A DNA stretch of 64,000 nt from Nitrosopumilus sp. (lineage in GTDB: Archaea > Thermoproteota > Nitrososphaeria > Nitrososphaerales > Nitrosopumilaceae), in contig OY759726.1 in the NCBI GenBank assembly GCA_963662625.1, positions 1,472,001 through 1,536,000 of the forward strand. Direction: 5' to 3'. The position numbers and the translations under genes were made by a program. Positions 9,991 through 19,165 of this stretch are shown here, piece by piece. Each line of letters starts with the position of its first letter. Position 1 is the stretch's first letter. The notes beneath the pieces are model-generated. The model saw only the letters and a program-made list of their open reading frames with translations, was not told where the DNA came from and ran no database searches.

Positions 9991-11154
9991 ATGGCGCCCT
10001 GTCTTGCCTACAAGCCCTGGCAGTCGGTCGACCCGGCCAGGCGCTACTGCCTGGTCGACACGATGGTGCTGCTCCAGCTGTACCGCCGCGACCGGACGCT
10101 GGCTGCCATGGCCGAGGCCGTCCTCGACGGCCGGGCGCTGCTGGTGGTCCCCAGCGTGGTCGGCGAGTGCTACAACGTGTTCAACGCCAACAAGCCGGGC
10201 GCGGGGGGGCCCGGGCCGCCCGGCGGGAAGGGCGGCCCCCGCGAGCTCGCCGCCGTGCGGGCCACGCGCGAGGACCTGGAGGTGGAGCCTGGATCGCGCG
10301 ACGGGTTCGACTGCCTCCTGGTGGACTGCCTGAGCGCGTGGGGGGCGGCGTTCGCGGCCGTCGAGCCGGGCGCGGGCACGCTGGCAGCCGCCAGGCGGAT
10401 GAAGAAGAGCGCGAGGTACGGGCCCCTCTCGCCCACGGACTGCCTCCTGCTGAGGCTGGCCGTCGAGAACCCCAACGTGGACGTCCTCACGGACGACAAG
10501 GACCTGGCCAGGGCCATCGCCTCCGAGTGCGGCCGGGGCAGGGCGTCCAACGTGTTCAACGACTACTTTGGCAGGCTGAACATGACGGCCCGCTTCCTCA
10601 GCATGGTCTCCGGGCTGGGCTTCGTGGACTGCAGGCCCGCCCGGGACAGGATAGAGTACTATGCCGACGACATGAGCGAGGACGAGACCGGCGCCCTGCG
10701 CCGCGACAGGCCCGGGCCCCACTCCCCGCCGGACAGGCGCCCGCCCCTGCTCCTCGCGGTGCGGTGCCTGCCGGGGCGCACGCGGGCCGAGGACGACGCG
10801 GTGCTCCGCCGCCTGAAGCCCGGCTCCGCGCCGGGCATAACGCGCGCGCTGCTGGACTTTGTCGACATGGTGGTGCTGGACTGGTACTGCGCGTGCGGCG
10901 ACCCGAACCTGGTCGCCTTTGACGGCAAGTGGGCCAGGGCCCCGCGCGGCACTGGCGCCGACGCGAGGCCGGCCCCGGACGCGCGCCGGGCCGGGCGGAG
11001 GCGGGCCCGGGCCGGGCGGGGGGGCCGCAGGCCGTACTATGACGCCGCCAGGGGCCTGCTGAGGGAGAAGCGCAACAGCCACTGCGCGTGCGCCAGGCCC
11101 GACGAGCGCCGCCTGCACGAGGCGTTCCGGGACATAGTGTCGGAGCCCCGGTGA
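9991..11154 (+). CDS. PIN-domain protein with uncharacterised Cys-containing C-terminal half
   Basis: LVDTMVLL, VVPSVVGE, LSPTDCLLL, VLTDDKDL give the PIN acidic tetrad; TTTAT about 25-30 nt upstream of ATG 9991. Confidence 0.75.
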   Translation: MAPCLAYKPWQSVDPARRYCLVDTMVLLQLYRRDRTLAAMAEAVLDGRALLVVPSVVGECYNVFNANKPGAGGPGPPGGKGGPRELAAVRATREDLEVEPGSRDGFDCLLVDCLSAWGAAFAAVEPGAGTLAAARRMKKSARYGPLSPTDCLLLRLAVENPNVDVLTDDKDLARAIASECGRGRASNVFNDYFGRLNMTARFLSMVSGLGFVDCRPARDRIEYYADDMSEDETGALRRDRPGPHSPPDRRPPLLLAVRCLPGRTRAEDDAVLRRLKPGSAPGITRALLDFVDMVVLDWYCACGDPNLVAFDGKWARAPRGTGADARPAPDARRAGRRRARAGRGGRRPYYDAARGLLREKRNSHCACARPDERRLHEAFRDIVSEPR

Positions 11155-11319
11155 CGGGCGCGGCGCCGCGCATGCCGGGGCCCGCCGGCGCACAAGCCGC
11201 GCCAGGCCTCCGCCGCCAGGCGGGCCGGGCCGGCCCGCAAGCCCCTGCAACCTGCGCGCGTGTTCCGGGCTGATCCAGCCAGCCATGTGGTCCGGCGATG
11301 CGGCCCATCACGGGCATGC

Positions 11320-11545
11320 CTGCGTCAACCTCCCGGGCGTGGCTGCCGCAATGCATCCAGCCACGTTTCCGGCCCGTGCACGGGCGCGCGGCGCGGGATT
11401 TGTAGCCGGTGCCGGCACGCGCCCGCAGGGCGCAGGCCCAACCACGCGGCAGCCCGGGCTGCCCCATTCGCGGGCAAGGGCGCCAGGCCCACGCGCCACA
11501 GGGGCCGATCCGTTCGGGCGACCGCGCCCGGGCGGTTACCATGCG
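11320..11545. mobile_element. MITE-like internally deleted derivative of the IS110/IS1111 element at 35.3-36.7 kb
   Basis: 11323-11420 resembles 35280-35380 and 11447-11541 resembles 36566-36662, in the same order, with the transposase missing. Confidence 0.7.
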
Positions 11546-11873
11546 CTTGCGGACGCCTAAGACAGCATGGGCGTGATCTTGTGCCTGCCTGATGCTTAGA
11601 GATAAATACGGTCTCTGCGTACCTGTGCCATGACCCCGGCTGAGAGGGAACGACTTGAGCAAGATGTCGAAAAAAGCCTGAAGAAGAACAGGATTGTATA
11701 CTCCATGCTCCATGACCTGTGAGCCGTACCTCCGGAAGGGGTTACGGCCACTCGCAGCACCGCTGAAAAAAGGCCTGGCGGCAGGCCACGTCGAGATCGG
11801 GGAGCTGGAAGGGCCGGCAGGCCAAGGATCAGAAGCGTCATGGAAAGTTGGGCGACTTGAATGCCCAGTCATT

Positions 11874-13577
11874 TTATCCGGGCCCAAGCCCAACTTCCAT
11901 TAAGCGTGTTGAGCCGGGTTCGGGAGCGACTGCCAGAAGCGCCCCGCGTACCCCGGTTAGCGGATCTGGCGCGGATGTTACCGTGTAGCCTGCAGGTATC
12001 GCCGCCTGGGCGAGCCAGTCGGCAGGAATCAGGTCCGGCTTAACCGCGGAGCCGTCAGGCCCGGTAACCACGGCTTCCAGTTCTGCCGTGGTGTATACGT
12101 ATGTGTGGATCGTCACTCCGGGAAATGCGGGTTCCCCGGGATCCCGCACGCCGTCAGAGTCGAGGTCGTGGTACGCCTCCACCGCAAGTGATGTCATCTC
12201 CGAGGATCCCACCTGACGGAAGCCGACATCCCACACGGCCACGGTGCCTGATTCGGGGGCCAGATACGCATAGAAGCTTCCGGTGGTGAGGACGTGGTCG
12301 AACGGGTAATACCATGCTTGCACCAGGGTGACATTAGGCGACGTGGCTACGCTGTAGAACGTGTAACTCCCGTCGCTCCCGGTGGTCGTGGTTCTGGCAT
12401 CTCCCGTCAGCAGGTCCACCGTGATCATGGTATAGCCCGGCATTGTCTGTTCAGACGCGTCCCTCACGCCGTTGGAATTGGAGTCTAGGAACACGGTGCC
12501 GTATATGGATGTCGGCGCCTTCCCAACCTCGTGGAATACAGAGTATCCTGTCAGGGGGATGGAATCATCGCCGGGGAAATCATATACGGTTACGGTGTAC
12601 GCCCCGGAACCGTGCGCGCTTAGGGTGTCGCCCAGGTCGGCTTTGAACTCGAACCCTTCAGTTGTCATATTCCACACCGCAGCTATTTTGTCCGGCACGA
12701 AGTATTTTTCAGTAGACGTGTAACATGCCGCCTTTGCCCTCTTGTGGTATTCCAGTGCCTCGTCGACGTCGCCGGGCGCGGGAGTTTCGGGCGGGACCAG
12801 GTACGGATCCGGGCACGTCCACCCCACCTCAGTATGGTATCCCAGGGAACCATAATGCCATCCGGGGGGCAACGGCTCCAGGAACCGTATGACGTCTTCG
12901 CCAAGTCCGTAGCCAGACGTGGATGCCAACTGGCCGCCGGTCAGCCCGTGCGGCACCCTGTCATAATATATGACGACTGTGACGTCGTCGGAAAATTCGA
13001 ACCCGTTGATGGCGGACAACGAAAACGACAGCTCGCCGCCACCGCTGATTGACGGCGCCGCGTCAAAGTGCACGTACCCGTACTCAAAGTGCTGTACCAC
13101 CTTCATGTTATAGTCATCATGCGCGATCCCGAGGCTGACCTTTTTGTGGCGGGGATCCAGTATGTTGTCCCTGTGGCCAGGGCTGCTCATGAAACCGTCC
13201 ATCGTGCTGATGATCCGCTGATCCGGGTTTATCTTCCTGTAGTTGTCGCCTTCCGTAACGCAATAGTCCAGGCCGGACACGTTCTCCGCGTTGTACTGGT
13301 GCCCGCCGGCAAGCGTATACCTCATGTACGGCTTGAGCCCGTCAGCCCCCCAGTGCGCGGAACTGCAGCTCTCCAGCATGTCGTCGGCGTGTGACTGCGC
13401 GGCGGAGTTCGTACCGAGCGCGACAGGCCCGAGTCCGGCAGCCATCCGTTCCTCGTTTATGAGGTCGAGCATCTGCAGTTTCAGTTCTGGTGCTGCCTGG
13501 GCATGCGCGGAACCCCCCCAGACAGCGACCAGGCTAACGACCAGCAGTACGACCAACGCTGTCTTTTGCCCCGCCAT
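11874..13577 (-). CDS. Secreted CAP/SCP-domain protein with C-terminal SdrD B-like repeats
   Basis: Signal peptide MAGQKTALVVLLVVSLVAVWGGSAHA; CAP motifs LINEER, AQSHADDM, ENV, SSPGHRDNIL; GTVFLDSNSNGVRD and YHDLDSDGVRDPGE. Confidence 0.85.
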   Translation of the reverse strand: MAGQKTALVVLLVVSLVAVWGGSAHAQAAPELKLQMLDLINEERMAAGLGPVALGTNSAAQSHADDMLESCSSAHWGADGLKPYMRYTLAGGHQYNAENVSGLDYCVTEGDNYRKINPDQRIISTMDGFMSSPGHRDNILDPRHKKVSLGIAHDDYNMKVVQHFEYGYVHFDAAPSISGGGELSFSLSAINGFEFSDDVTVVIYYDRVPHGLTGGQLASTSGYGLGEDVIRFLEPLPPGWHYGSLGYHTEVGWTCPDPYLVPPETPAPGDVDEALEYHKRAKAACYTSTEKYFVPDKIAAVWNMTTEGFEFKADLGDTLSAHGSGAYTVTVYDFPGDDSIPLTGYSVFHEVGKAPTSIYGTVFLDSNSNGVRDASEQTMPGYTMITVDLLTGDARTTTTGSDGSYTFYSVATSPNVTLVQAWYYPFDHVLTTGSFYAYLAPESGTVAVWDVGFRQVGSSEMTSLAVEAYHDLDSDGVRDPGEPAFPGVTIHTYVYTTAELEAVVTGPDGSAVKPDLIPADWLAQAAIPAGYTVTSAPDPLTGVRGALLAVAPEPGSTRLMEVGLGPG

Positions 13578-13649
13578 CGCCAGAGTCACAACCCAACGGG
13601 CATAAATACGTGACAACACAGTGCACGAGGTTGTACCTGTGCCGCCGCA

Positions 13650-13745
13650 CCGGCAGCCATGAATCCCACGACATGCGGCCCAGGCGCGGATCGGAAAAGC
13701 CGCGGGATGCGTTGCGGCGACCGCGCCCGGGCGGTTAACATAGGC
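13650..13745 (+). mobile_element. Solo end of the IS110/IS1111-like element
   Basis: CATGAATCCCA...CGGATCGGAAAAGCCGCGGGATGC.TTGCGGC...GCGGTTAACATAGG matches the reverse complement of 35277-35370. Confidence 0.7.
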
Positions 13746-13766
13746 GCTGCCCCAATGCGCGTGCCA

Positions 13767-14789
13767 TCAGGGTTTGGCGCCCGCGCGCCCCGGCGCGTCC
13801 GCGCCTGCCTCCTGCTCGGCGCCGGCCGCGTCGATGTCCACGTGGCAGGCGGCGAGCCGCCCCGGCCCCTTCTCCTCGAGCCCGGGCTCCTCGGAGCATT
13901 CCTCCACGGCGTACGGGCACCTGTCCATGAACCTGCACCCCGCGGCGGCCGGGGCCCCCCCGGCGTCCCTGATCCTGACCAGCTTCCTCCTCTTCCTGTT
14001 TTCCGGGTCCGGCTCGGATATGGCGTCGATGAGCGCCCGGGTGTACGGGTGCCTCGGGGACGCGAGCACCTCCCCTATGGGGCCCGACTCCACCATCCTC
14101 CCCATGTACAGGATGCCTATCCTGCTGCCAAAGTGCCTCGCGGTGGCGAGGTCGTGCGTGATGTACACGAACGATATGCCGTGCCTCTCCCTGAGGCCCT
14201 GCATGAGCTCGAGCATCTCTGCCCTGACGGAGACGTCGAGCATGGACACGGGCTCGTCGGCGATTATCACCTTGGGGCCGGTGGCAAGCGCCCTCGCCAC
14301 CACGACCCTCTGCCTCTGGCCGCCCGACAGCGTGTGGGGGTACTTTGCGGCGATCTCCTCGGCCGGCTCCAGCCTGACCTCGCGCAGCACCTCGAGCACG
14401 CGCCCCCGCCTCTCGGCCCCGCCGCCCGTCCCGTGGATCCCCAGCGGCTCCGACACGATGTCGCCCACCCTCATGCGCGGGTTGATGGAGTCGTAGGGGT
14501 CCTGGTGGATCATCTGGCAGTCCGCCCTGAGGCGCGCCAGGTCCCCGCCGTCCCTGACCTCCCTGCCCTCGAAGAAGACGCTCCCCGAGTCGGGCCTGGC
14601 AGATCCCAGGATCATCCTGGCCACGGTGGACTTGCCGGAGCCCGACTCGCCGGCGAGCACGAAGACCTCGCCCCTCCCGACGGAGAACGACACCCCGTCG
14701 GCCGCCCTCACCGTGGAGGCCCCGCGGCCGAGGAGGCCCCCCCCGGCGTAGTGCTTTTTGAGGTTCTCCACGCGGAGGATCTCGTCCAT
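13767..14789 (-). CDS. Oligopeptide/dipeptide ABC transporter ATP-binding subunit (OppF/DppF-like)
   Basis: GESGSGKS, LSGGQRQR, IIADEP, ITHDL, HPYT and C-terminal GCRF..RC...C..ACH. Confidence 0.93.
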   Translation of the reverse strand: MDEILRVENLKKHYAGGGLLGRGASTVRAADGVSFSVGRGEVFVLAGESGSGKSTVARMILGSARPDSGSVFFEGREVRDGGDLARLRADCQMIHQDPYDSINPRMRVGDIVSEPLGIHGTGGGAERRGRVLEVLREVRLEPAEEIAAKYPHTLSGGQRQRVVVARALATGPKVIIADEPVSMLDVSVRAEMLELMQGLRERHGISFVYITHDLATARHFGSRIGILYMGRMVESGPIGEVLASPRHPYTRALIDAISEPDPENRKRRKLVRIRDAGGAPAAAGCRFMDRCPYAVEECSEEPGLEEKGPGRLAACHVDIDAAGAEQEAGADAPGRAGAKP

Positions 14790-15028
14790 AAGTACGGCTG
14801 GACTCGGCGGTATATCAAGCGATCATGTGGTGCCTCGTACAGATTCCGGCCCGCCTGTTCCCCGCCTGGTTGGAGATGCTTGCGCTGGCTTTGCGCCGAT
14901 CAGACCCTGCGGCCTGGGTTTGTATGGGGATCCCAGGGCCGCCAAGCCGTGCAGGAGGACGGGGTGGCGGTGCCCCGTGCCATTAACAAGAAGGCATTTA
15001 AGTTCCTTTAATACCGTAAGATTGAATT

Positions 15029-15778
15029 TTGTTACTGGAAGCCAGATTTACCAACATAGGAGAATGGAAGGTGATCCTGCAGGCCATTGGGGATGTTACC
15101 GACGAGGCGATGTTCATCTGCAACCAAGACGGCGTCACTTTTCGAGGGATAGACCCCGCACACGTATCCCTGCTAGACATCACATTCCCTGCTTCGTCAT
15201 TTGCCCTCTACGAATGCAGCGCAACGTTTTTCGGCATCTCGGTCACCGACTTCAGAAACATTCTGAGCTCCGCCGCCAACGATGATTACGTGGAACTGGC
15301 CATCGAAAGTTCCCATAAGATGAGGATCTCAATCAAGGGGCGACTAGAAATCATCTATGATCTGAAGCTGGTCGAGAGGACGGAGGTCAGCACGCAGATC
15401 CCCAAGGTCGAAGCTACAAGCAAGATCTCGCTATCCCCGAGCACGCTTGCGAAGATCATGACGGACATTGAAAGAGTCTCGGAAAGCGTCACAATTTCAA
15501 GCATTCCGGAGAGGGTGCAATTTCTGGGATCGGGGGACATAGGGAGGGCCCAAGTCGACCTGGAAAAAGGCAACGCGGAACTGTCCCTGCTTGAGGTCGT
15601 CAAGGACAGCCATGCGGTGTACAGCCTCGAGTACTTGGCCAAAATCATCCGAAACATCGGAAAAGCCAGCAAGAACGTCAACATGGAATATGGCACCCAA
15701 ACCCCGATACGCATGCTCTTTGAGATGCCATCGATGGCCAAAGTCGACTATTACCTGGCGCCAAGGATCGAAAACTGA
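15029..15778 (+). CDS. pcn: PCNA (DNA sliding clamp), probably an accessory copy
   Basis: 249 aa; GIDPAHVSLLD, YSLEYL, C-terminal YYLAPRIE. Visibly lower GC than the flanking core genes. Confidence 0.9.
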   Translation: MLLEARFTNIGEWKVILQAIGDVTDEAMFICNQDGVTFRGIDPAHVSLLDITFPASSFALYECSATFFGISVTDFRNILSSAANDDYVELAIESSHKMRISIKGRLEIIYDLKLVERTEVSTQIPKVEATSKISLSPSTLAKIMTDIERVSESVTISSIPERVQFLGSGDIGRAQVDLEKGNAELSLLEVVKDSHAVYSLEYLAKIIRNIGKASKNVNMEYGTQTPIRMLFEMPSMAKVDYYLAPRIEN

Positions 15779-15835
15779 ATTTCCGCGGCGTGGGTTTTAG
15801 CAAGATTTATTCATAAACCGGCAATTGCTTTAGCA

Positions 15836-18800
15836 TTGGATATCTCCGAGCTTAAGGCTGGCACAATAATCGAAGGGCCAAAATGGCCAGAGCCCGTATC
15901 CATCAAGAAGATCGACAACTTCGGCGACGACGTCCACCTGGTTGGCGTAACGACCGTCAGCAACGATCACATCGACGCGCTTTTGTCCAACGCCGAACTG
16001 TCAAACATTCACCTTAGAACGGTACCGTGCGACTTCTCAAGCGAGCCGTGGAAGGTCTTTTTGGGGCTCGAGGCGCTTCGATACAGGTATGCGTCAGAGT
16101 ACGATCCGTGGCTTGCGATGAACACCTCGAAGGTTGATCCGCTGCCCCACCAAATCGAGGCAGTTTACGGCGTTGTCCTGAAAATGCCCAGGATTCGGTT
16201 CCTGCTTGCACATGATCCCGGGGCGGGAAAAACAATCATGGCCGGCCTGATCATCAAAGAAATGAAGCTGCGGAACCTCGTGAGCAGAATCCTGATAGTC
16301 GTCCCCGGGCACCTTAAGGACCAGTGGCGCAGGGAGCTCAAGGACAAGTTTGAGGAGACGTTCGTCGTCGCAGACCGGGCGACCGCGAACTCCCTCTACG
16401 GCCAAAACATCTGGGGCCACCAAAACCAGCTAATCACCTCGATGGACTTTGCAAAAAGGGATGACATCATCCCGTCCCTGGAGGCGCCGCAGTTTGATCT
16501 AATCATAGTCGACGAGGCCCACAAGATGGCCGCCTACCGGTATAACGACAAAACAACCAAGACGGGAAGATACAGGCTTGGGGAAACCCTGTCCAAGAAC
16601 ACCGAGCACCTTTTGTTTCTGACTGCGACCCCGCACAAGGGGGACGCGGAGAACTTCCGGCTGTTCCTGGACCTGCTCCAGCCGGGGTTTTTCGCGACAT
16701 CCGACATGCTTGAAGAGTCCATCGAGAGGGGCGAGAACACACTCTTCCTGAGGAGGATCAAGGAGGACATGAAAAACTTTGACGGGGCCCCGCTCTTCCT
16801 GCCAAGGCACGTCTCGTCGTGGCCATACGACCTGTCCGGCCCCGAGAGGGAGCTGTACCGCAAAATCACAGAGTACGTGAAAACCCAGTTCAACAGGGCG
16901 CTGACGTCGGAAAACAAGACTAACATAGGATTCGCCCTGATGCTCCTCCAAAGAAGGCTGGCATCCAGCGCATACGCCCTGTGGAGGTCGCTGGTAAGGA
17001 GGCGCGGCAGGCTCAAAGAGATGCTGGAGGATTTCGAAAATTCCAAAAAGTCCAAGCCCAGAACGTTCGACTTTGACGAGATCGACGAAATGAGCGAGGA
17101 GGAAAGGTGGGAGCAGGAGGGCCGCTGGGAGGCGCTGAGCATCGCGGAAAACAGGGGGGAGCTGGAAAAAGAAATCCAGACCCTGGAGGATCTGGCCGCC
17201 GACACAAAAAGGGTGATCGACCAGGACGCGGAAGTCAAGCTTGAAAAGCTAAAAGAGGCCATGGCCGCACTGGAAAAGGAGGCCGGATCCGACAAAATCC
17301 TGATCTTCACGGAATCAAGGGACACCCTGGGGTACCTGGAAAAAAGAATCAAGAACTGGGGGTACTCCGTCAACGTCATACACGGCGGGATGTCCCTCGA
17401 CGAGAGGATCCGCGCCGAGAAGGTATTCAAGACGGAAACCCGGGTGATGATCGCGACCGAGGCCGCGGGGGAAGGGATCAACCTGCAGTTCTGCCACCTG
17501 ATGATAAACTACGACATCCCGTGGAACCCGAACCGGCTGGAGCAGAGGATGGGGCGCATTCACAGGTACGGCCAGAAATTCGAGGTGTTCGTCTACAACC
17601 TGCTCGCGCGCGACACAATCGAGGGGAGGATCTTCAAGAGGCTGTTCGAAAAGCTGGAGGAGATCAAGTCGAAGATGGGCAGCGACAAGGTGTACGACGT
17701 CATCGGGGAGATATACCGCAACAAGGATCTCGCCACGCTGCTGCACGACGCGGCCGTGGGAGCAAGAAGCGAGGAAGAGATTTTTGCGACGCTCGACATC
17801 AAAGTCGACGACGAGTTCATCGCAAAAGTCAAGGACAACCTGGGCGACACGCTAGCCACGAGGCACATAGACTTTACCCAGATAAGCGAGCAAAGACAAA
17901 GGGCCAGGGAAAACAAACTCATCCCGGAGTACACCGCGGAATTTTTCAAGCGCGCGTTCACAAAGGCCGAGGGGAAGATAAGGGAGCGGGGCCGCGGCCT
18001 CTACGCGATAGACTCGATCCCTTACCCGATCCGGAAGATCGCCGAAGGGGACGCCTTTAGGCAGTCATTCGGGCCGACGGTGAGATCCTACCCGAAGGTC
18101 ACCTTCGCGAAAGACGTGGGATCCCAGGACCAGGATGCGGAATTCCTGACCTTCGGCCACCCGCTGTTCGAGGCGGCGTTGGAATGGATCGGGAGGAATT
18201 TCGGCCCTGATCTGCAGACCGGGGCCGCATTCACCGATCCATCGGGGCGCCTGAGCGGCTTCATAGTCTTTTACGAGGGCCGCATCTCCGACGGGCTGGG
18301 GCACGTCGCGGGAAAGCGGCTGTTTGCATACTACGTAGAGCTCAAGACGGGGCTGGTGGAATTCATCGAGCCTTCGATCTTGTGGGATTTGCAGGAGTCA
18401 GGAGCCCGCTCGGGCCCGGCGGACGTCCAAGCGCTAAAGTCAAGAACCCAGCCCCTAATCGTCGAAAACCTGAGGAGCTACCAGCTGGAACTGCAGGAAG
18501 AAAGAAACAGGCAGGCAGAAATCAAGGAAAGATACGGGATAAAGTCGCTCGACAAGCTGATTTTTGACCTGGACGGGGACCTCGTATCTTTAAGACAGCG
18601 CCAGGCCGCAGGCGAAAACGTTGACCTCGTAATACGAAACAAGGAAGACAGGCAGCGCCAATACAGGGACAACAAGGCAGACTTGGCAGACTACATCCAA
18701 AGGGAGAAAAACATCACGATTTCCAGCCCCACCTTCCTGGGAATCATCAGGGTCTCGACCCCGCAGGTCGTCCAGGACGAGCTTAGGAGGGATCCGGAAA

Positions 18801-19165
18801 CCGAAAGGATCGCGATGAGGGTTGTCATGGAATATGAGGCCAAGCACGGGAGAAGGCCAAAGGACGTGTCAAAAGAGATCGGGCCTGGCTACGACATCAA
18901 ATCGCTCGACGGTGGGGGGAACGCGCGATACATCGAGGTCAAGGGAAGGAACGCCGTCGGGGCGGTGGCACTGTCCAAGAACGAGTGGTTCAAGTCAAAG
19001 CACCTTGCAGAGGACTACTACCTTTACGTCGTGTGGAACACGAAAGACCACCCCGGGACGGAACTAGAGCCGCTGATCATCCGCGACCCAGCAAACAATC
19101 TGGAGCCAAAATTAGACGTGCACTACCTGGTAGACCCGCGGCAAATCCGGGAGAAGTCAGAATAA
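15836..19165 (+). CDS. SNF2-family helicase with C-terminal DUF3883/NOV-type PD-(D/E)xK nuclease
   Basis: PLPHQ, AHDPGAGKT, DEAH, LTATPH, EGINLQ, PWNPNRLEQRMGRIHR; C-terminal GYDIKS...YIEVKG...LSKNEW. Confidence 0.92.
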   Translation: MDISELKAGTIIEGPKWPEPVSIKKIDNFGDDVHLVGVTTVSNDHIDALLSNAELSNIHLRTVPCDFSSEPWKVFLGLEALRYRYASEYDPWLAMNTSKVDPLPHQIEAVYGVVLKMPRIRFLLAHDPGAGKTIMAGLIIKEMKLRNLVSRILIVVPGHLKDQWRRELKDKFEETFVVADRATANSLYGQNIWGHQNQLITSMDFAKRDDIIPSLEAPQFDLIIVDEAHKMAAYRYNDKTTKTGRYRLGETLSKNTEHLLFLTATPHKGDAENFRLFLDLLQPGFFATSDMLEESIERGENTLFLRRIKEDMKNFDGAPLFLPRHVSSWPYDLSGPERELYRKITEYVKTQFNRALTSENKTNIGFALMLLQRRLASSAYALWRSLVRRRGRLKEMLEDFENSKKSKPRTFDFDEIDEMSEEERWEQEGRWEALSIAENRGELEKEIQTLEDLAADTKRVIDQDAEVKLEKLKEAMAALEKEAGSDKILIFTESRDTLGYLEKRIKNWGYSVNVIHGGMSLDERIRAEKVFKTETRVMIATEAAGEGINLQFCHLMINYDIPWNPNRLEQRMGRIHRYGQKFEVFVYNLLARDTIEGRIFKRLFEKLEEIKSKMGSDKVYDVIGEIYRNKDLATLLHDAAVGARSEEEIFATLDIKVDDEFIAKVKDNLGDTLATRHIDFTQISEQRQRARENKLIPEYTAEFFKRAFTKAEGKIRERGRGLYAIDSIPYPIRKIAEGDAFRQSFGPTVRSYPKVTFAKDVGSQDQDAEFLTFGHPLFEAALEWIGRNFGPDLQTGAAFTDPSGRLSGFIVFYEGRISDGLGHVAGKRLFAYYVELKTGLVEFIEPSILWDLQESGARSGPADVQALKSRTQPLIVENLRSYQLELQEERNRQAEIKERYGIKSLDKLIFDLDGDLVSLRQRQAAGENVDLVIRNKEDRQRQYRDNKADLADYIQREKNITISSPTFLGIIRVSTPQVVQDELRRDPETERIAMRVVMEYEAKHGRRPKDVSKEIGPGYDIKSLDGGGNARYIEVKGRNAVGAVALSKNEWFKSKHLAEDYYLYVVWNTKDHPGTELEPLIIRDPANNLEPKLDVHYLVDPRQIREKSE

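Noticed and set aside
11630-11870. Tiny ORF MTPAERERLEQDVEKSLKKNRIVYSMLHDL plus downstream fragment as a toxin-antitoxin relic
   Set aside because: Too short and degraded to support a call.
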